From NCBI GenBank assembly GCA_030390025.1, contig CM059431.1, positions 99,388,001 to 99,452,000 of the forward strand: a DNA stretch of 64,000 nucleotides, written 5' to 3'. Within the stretch, counting starts at the first letter, position 1; every line of letters starts with the position of its first letter. The stretch is from Squalus acanthias (Eukaryota). A model generated the notes under the pieces. That model searched no databases. It was not told the origin of the DNA and saw only the letters and a list, made by a program, of their open reading frames with translations. The position numbers and the translations under genes were made by a program. Shown piece by piece: positions 62,483 through 64,000 of this stretch.

Positions 62483-62723
62483 ATAAATCCTTTCTGTGTA
62501 ATATAACATTGACTGACCATTGTAAGGGCTGGGGATTGAATCCTGTGTTCATCTGAACTTGGAACCTTAAGACAGAAAAACGCCCCTATTTAGTTCTAAA
62601 TAGGTTCAGTGGTTTGGATGTGCTTAAGTAAAAATCAAGGGCCAGTTCTGGCTATATAATGCTGGGAACTGTACCAAAAAGTGACAAAAATCAACATTTT
62701 CTGGGGGGAGCACGTTCACAAAT

Positions 62724-62823
62724 GCCCCCCCCCCCCCGCCCCACCCACCACCCCCCCACGGCCCCCCCGCCCCGCCCACTACCCACCCCACGGCCCCACC
62801 CCCCGCCCCGCCCACCGCCCCAC
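62724..62823. repeat. C-rich low-complexity tract (G-quadruplex-prone on the minus strand)
   Basis: More than 10 C-runs of 3 or more with short spacers. Confidence 0.85.
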
Positions 62824-62869
62824 TGAAGTAGACGTTGCACCTTTACAGTCCACTTTCTCTTTCAACAAT

Positions 62870-63385
62870 TTTCATCGCTCCACCATTGCCGGCCGTGCCT
62901 TCAGCTGCCTGGGCCCTAAGCTCTGGAATTCCCTCCCTAAACCTCTCCGGCTCTCTCTCCTCCTTTAAGACGCTCCTTAAAGCCTACCCTTTTCCTGTCC
63001 TAATATCTCCTTATGTGGCTCGATGTCAAATTTTGTTTGATAATCGATCCTGTGAAGCACCTTGGGATGTTTTACCACGTTAAAGGCGCTATATAAATGC
63101 AAGTTGCTGTTGTATCTGTATATGTATTTTTTTATTCTAAGAAGAGCAGGGGAGTTCTCCCCGGTGCCCTGGCCAATATTTACCCCTCAATCAACATCAC
63201 TAAAAACAGATTATCTGGTCATTATCACATTGCTGTTTGTGGGATCTTGCTGTGCACAAATTGGCTGCCGTGTTTCCTACATTACAGCAGTGACTACACT
63301 TCAAAAAAAATACTTAATTGGTTGTAAAGCACATTGGGACGTCCTGAGGTGGTGAAAGGCGCTGTAGAAATGCAAGTCTTTCTAT
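62870..63385 (+). mobile_element. L2 3' end (62870-63112) followed by Deu-SINE 3' half (63140-63385)
   Basis: Homology to other copies in the window. Confidence 0.88.
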
Positions 63386-64000
63386 CTTTTTATTTTCAAT
63401 TCCATTGGTCAGAGGGCTGACTTTTATCGATTTATAGAATAGATTTATTTTGGAATGTGTCAGAGGTTTACATAAAGGCCTTTCCTCCATGGTATTCGTC
63501 CCACAGCTGTAGTACAAGAGGGTCTGTGAATCGAATCCCAAGTAATGATTGCTCCTCCGGATGACCTGGATTCCCCACTTTCAGTGTCTCTTGAAACACA
63601 AATCGACAGCTAAGTATTCAAAACATCCTTTCCAAATTACACGAGAGAAAGGAAAGCACAGCTCCAGTCAGGCTGCTTTGATTGTGATGGTGTTCAGTTG
63701 ATTGAAGATAATTGTCCATTAATGTAGATGCTACCTGTGTCATATCACCATTCTCAAAGAGTTGTTGTAGTCTGTTGTAGAGATCTTGTTCCCAACAATG
63801 TCAAACCTATAAGTTGCTTTTAAATGCTCTGTTCCAGTCCTGTTTTATGTTCCATATGTGATCCACAGTAAAGGAGGAAACTCCTCTATCTCTTTATCTT
63901 GCCAGACTCATGTTGTCTATGAAATATGGCTGTCATTCCTTCGCTTTATATTTGAATTAAAGGTCACTCTCCTACTGTTCACCCATCACCCCCTGTGCTC

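Overview
Repeat-dense, essentially non-coding vertebrate genomic DNA (intron or intergenic), almost certainly from a shark or other elasmobranch, given an HE1-like V-SINE, SacSINE1-like Deu-SINEs and the abundant CR1 and L2 LINEs. I found no convincing host protein-coding gene. Every long ORF I could assign is a LINE reverse-transcriptase fragment, a microsatellite or minisatellite read-through, or GC-rich MITE sequence. Contents: many 5'-truncated CR1 and L2 copies, a second CR1-group LINE, an RTE relic, Deu-SINEs (three with an internal 33-bp tandem expansion), about 11 PIF/Harbinger-type MITEs mostly with 3-bp target-site duplications (TSDs), and Penelope-like (PLE) remnants. Best findings: (1) two ~200-bp palindromic PLE-derived mini-elements with long TSDs, one carrying back-to-back minimal hammerhead ribozyme cores (60945-61017), both inserted at nearly the same homologous position of a CR1 RT gene; (2) an 80-bp perfect palindrome in which flanking target DNA was copied into the element; (3) a 184-bp, ~96%-identical inverted repeat (47230-48020) with no other copy in the window; (4) a local duplication that preserves both the empty and filled site of a MITE. 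Family names come from recall, not from database searches. LINE and SINE boundaries are approximate (about +/-10-20 bp); TSD and palindrome coordinates were read base by base.
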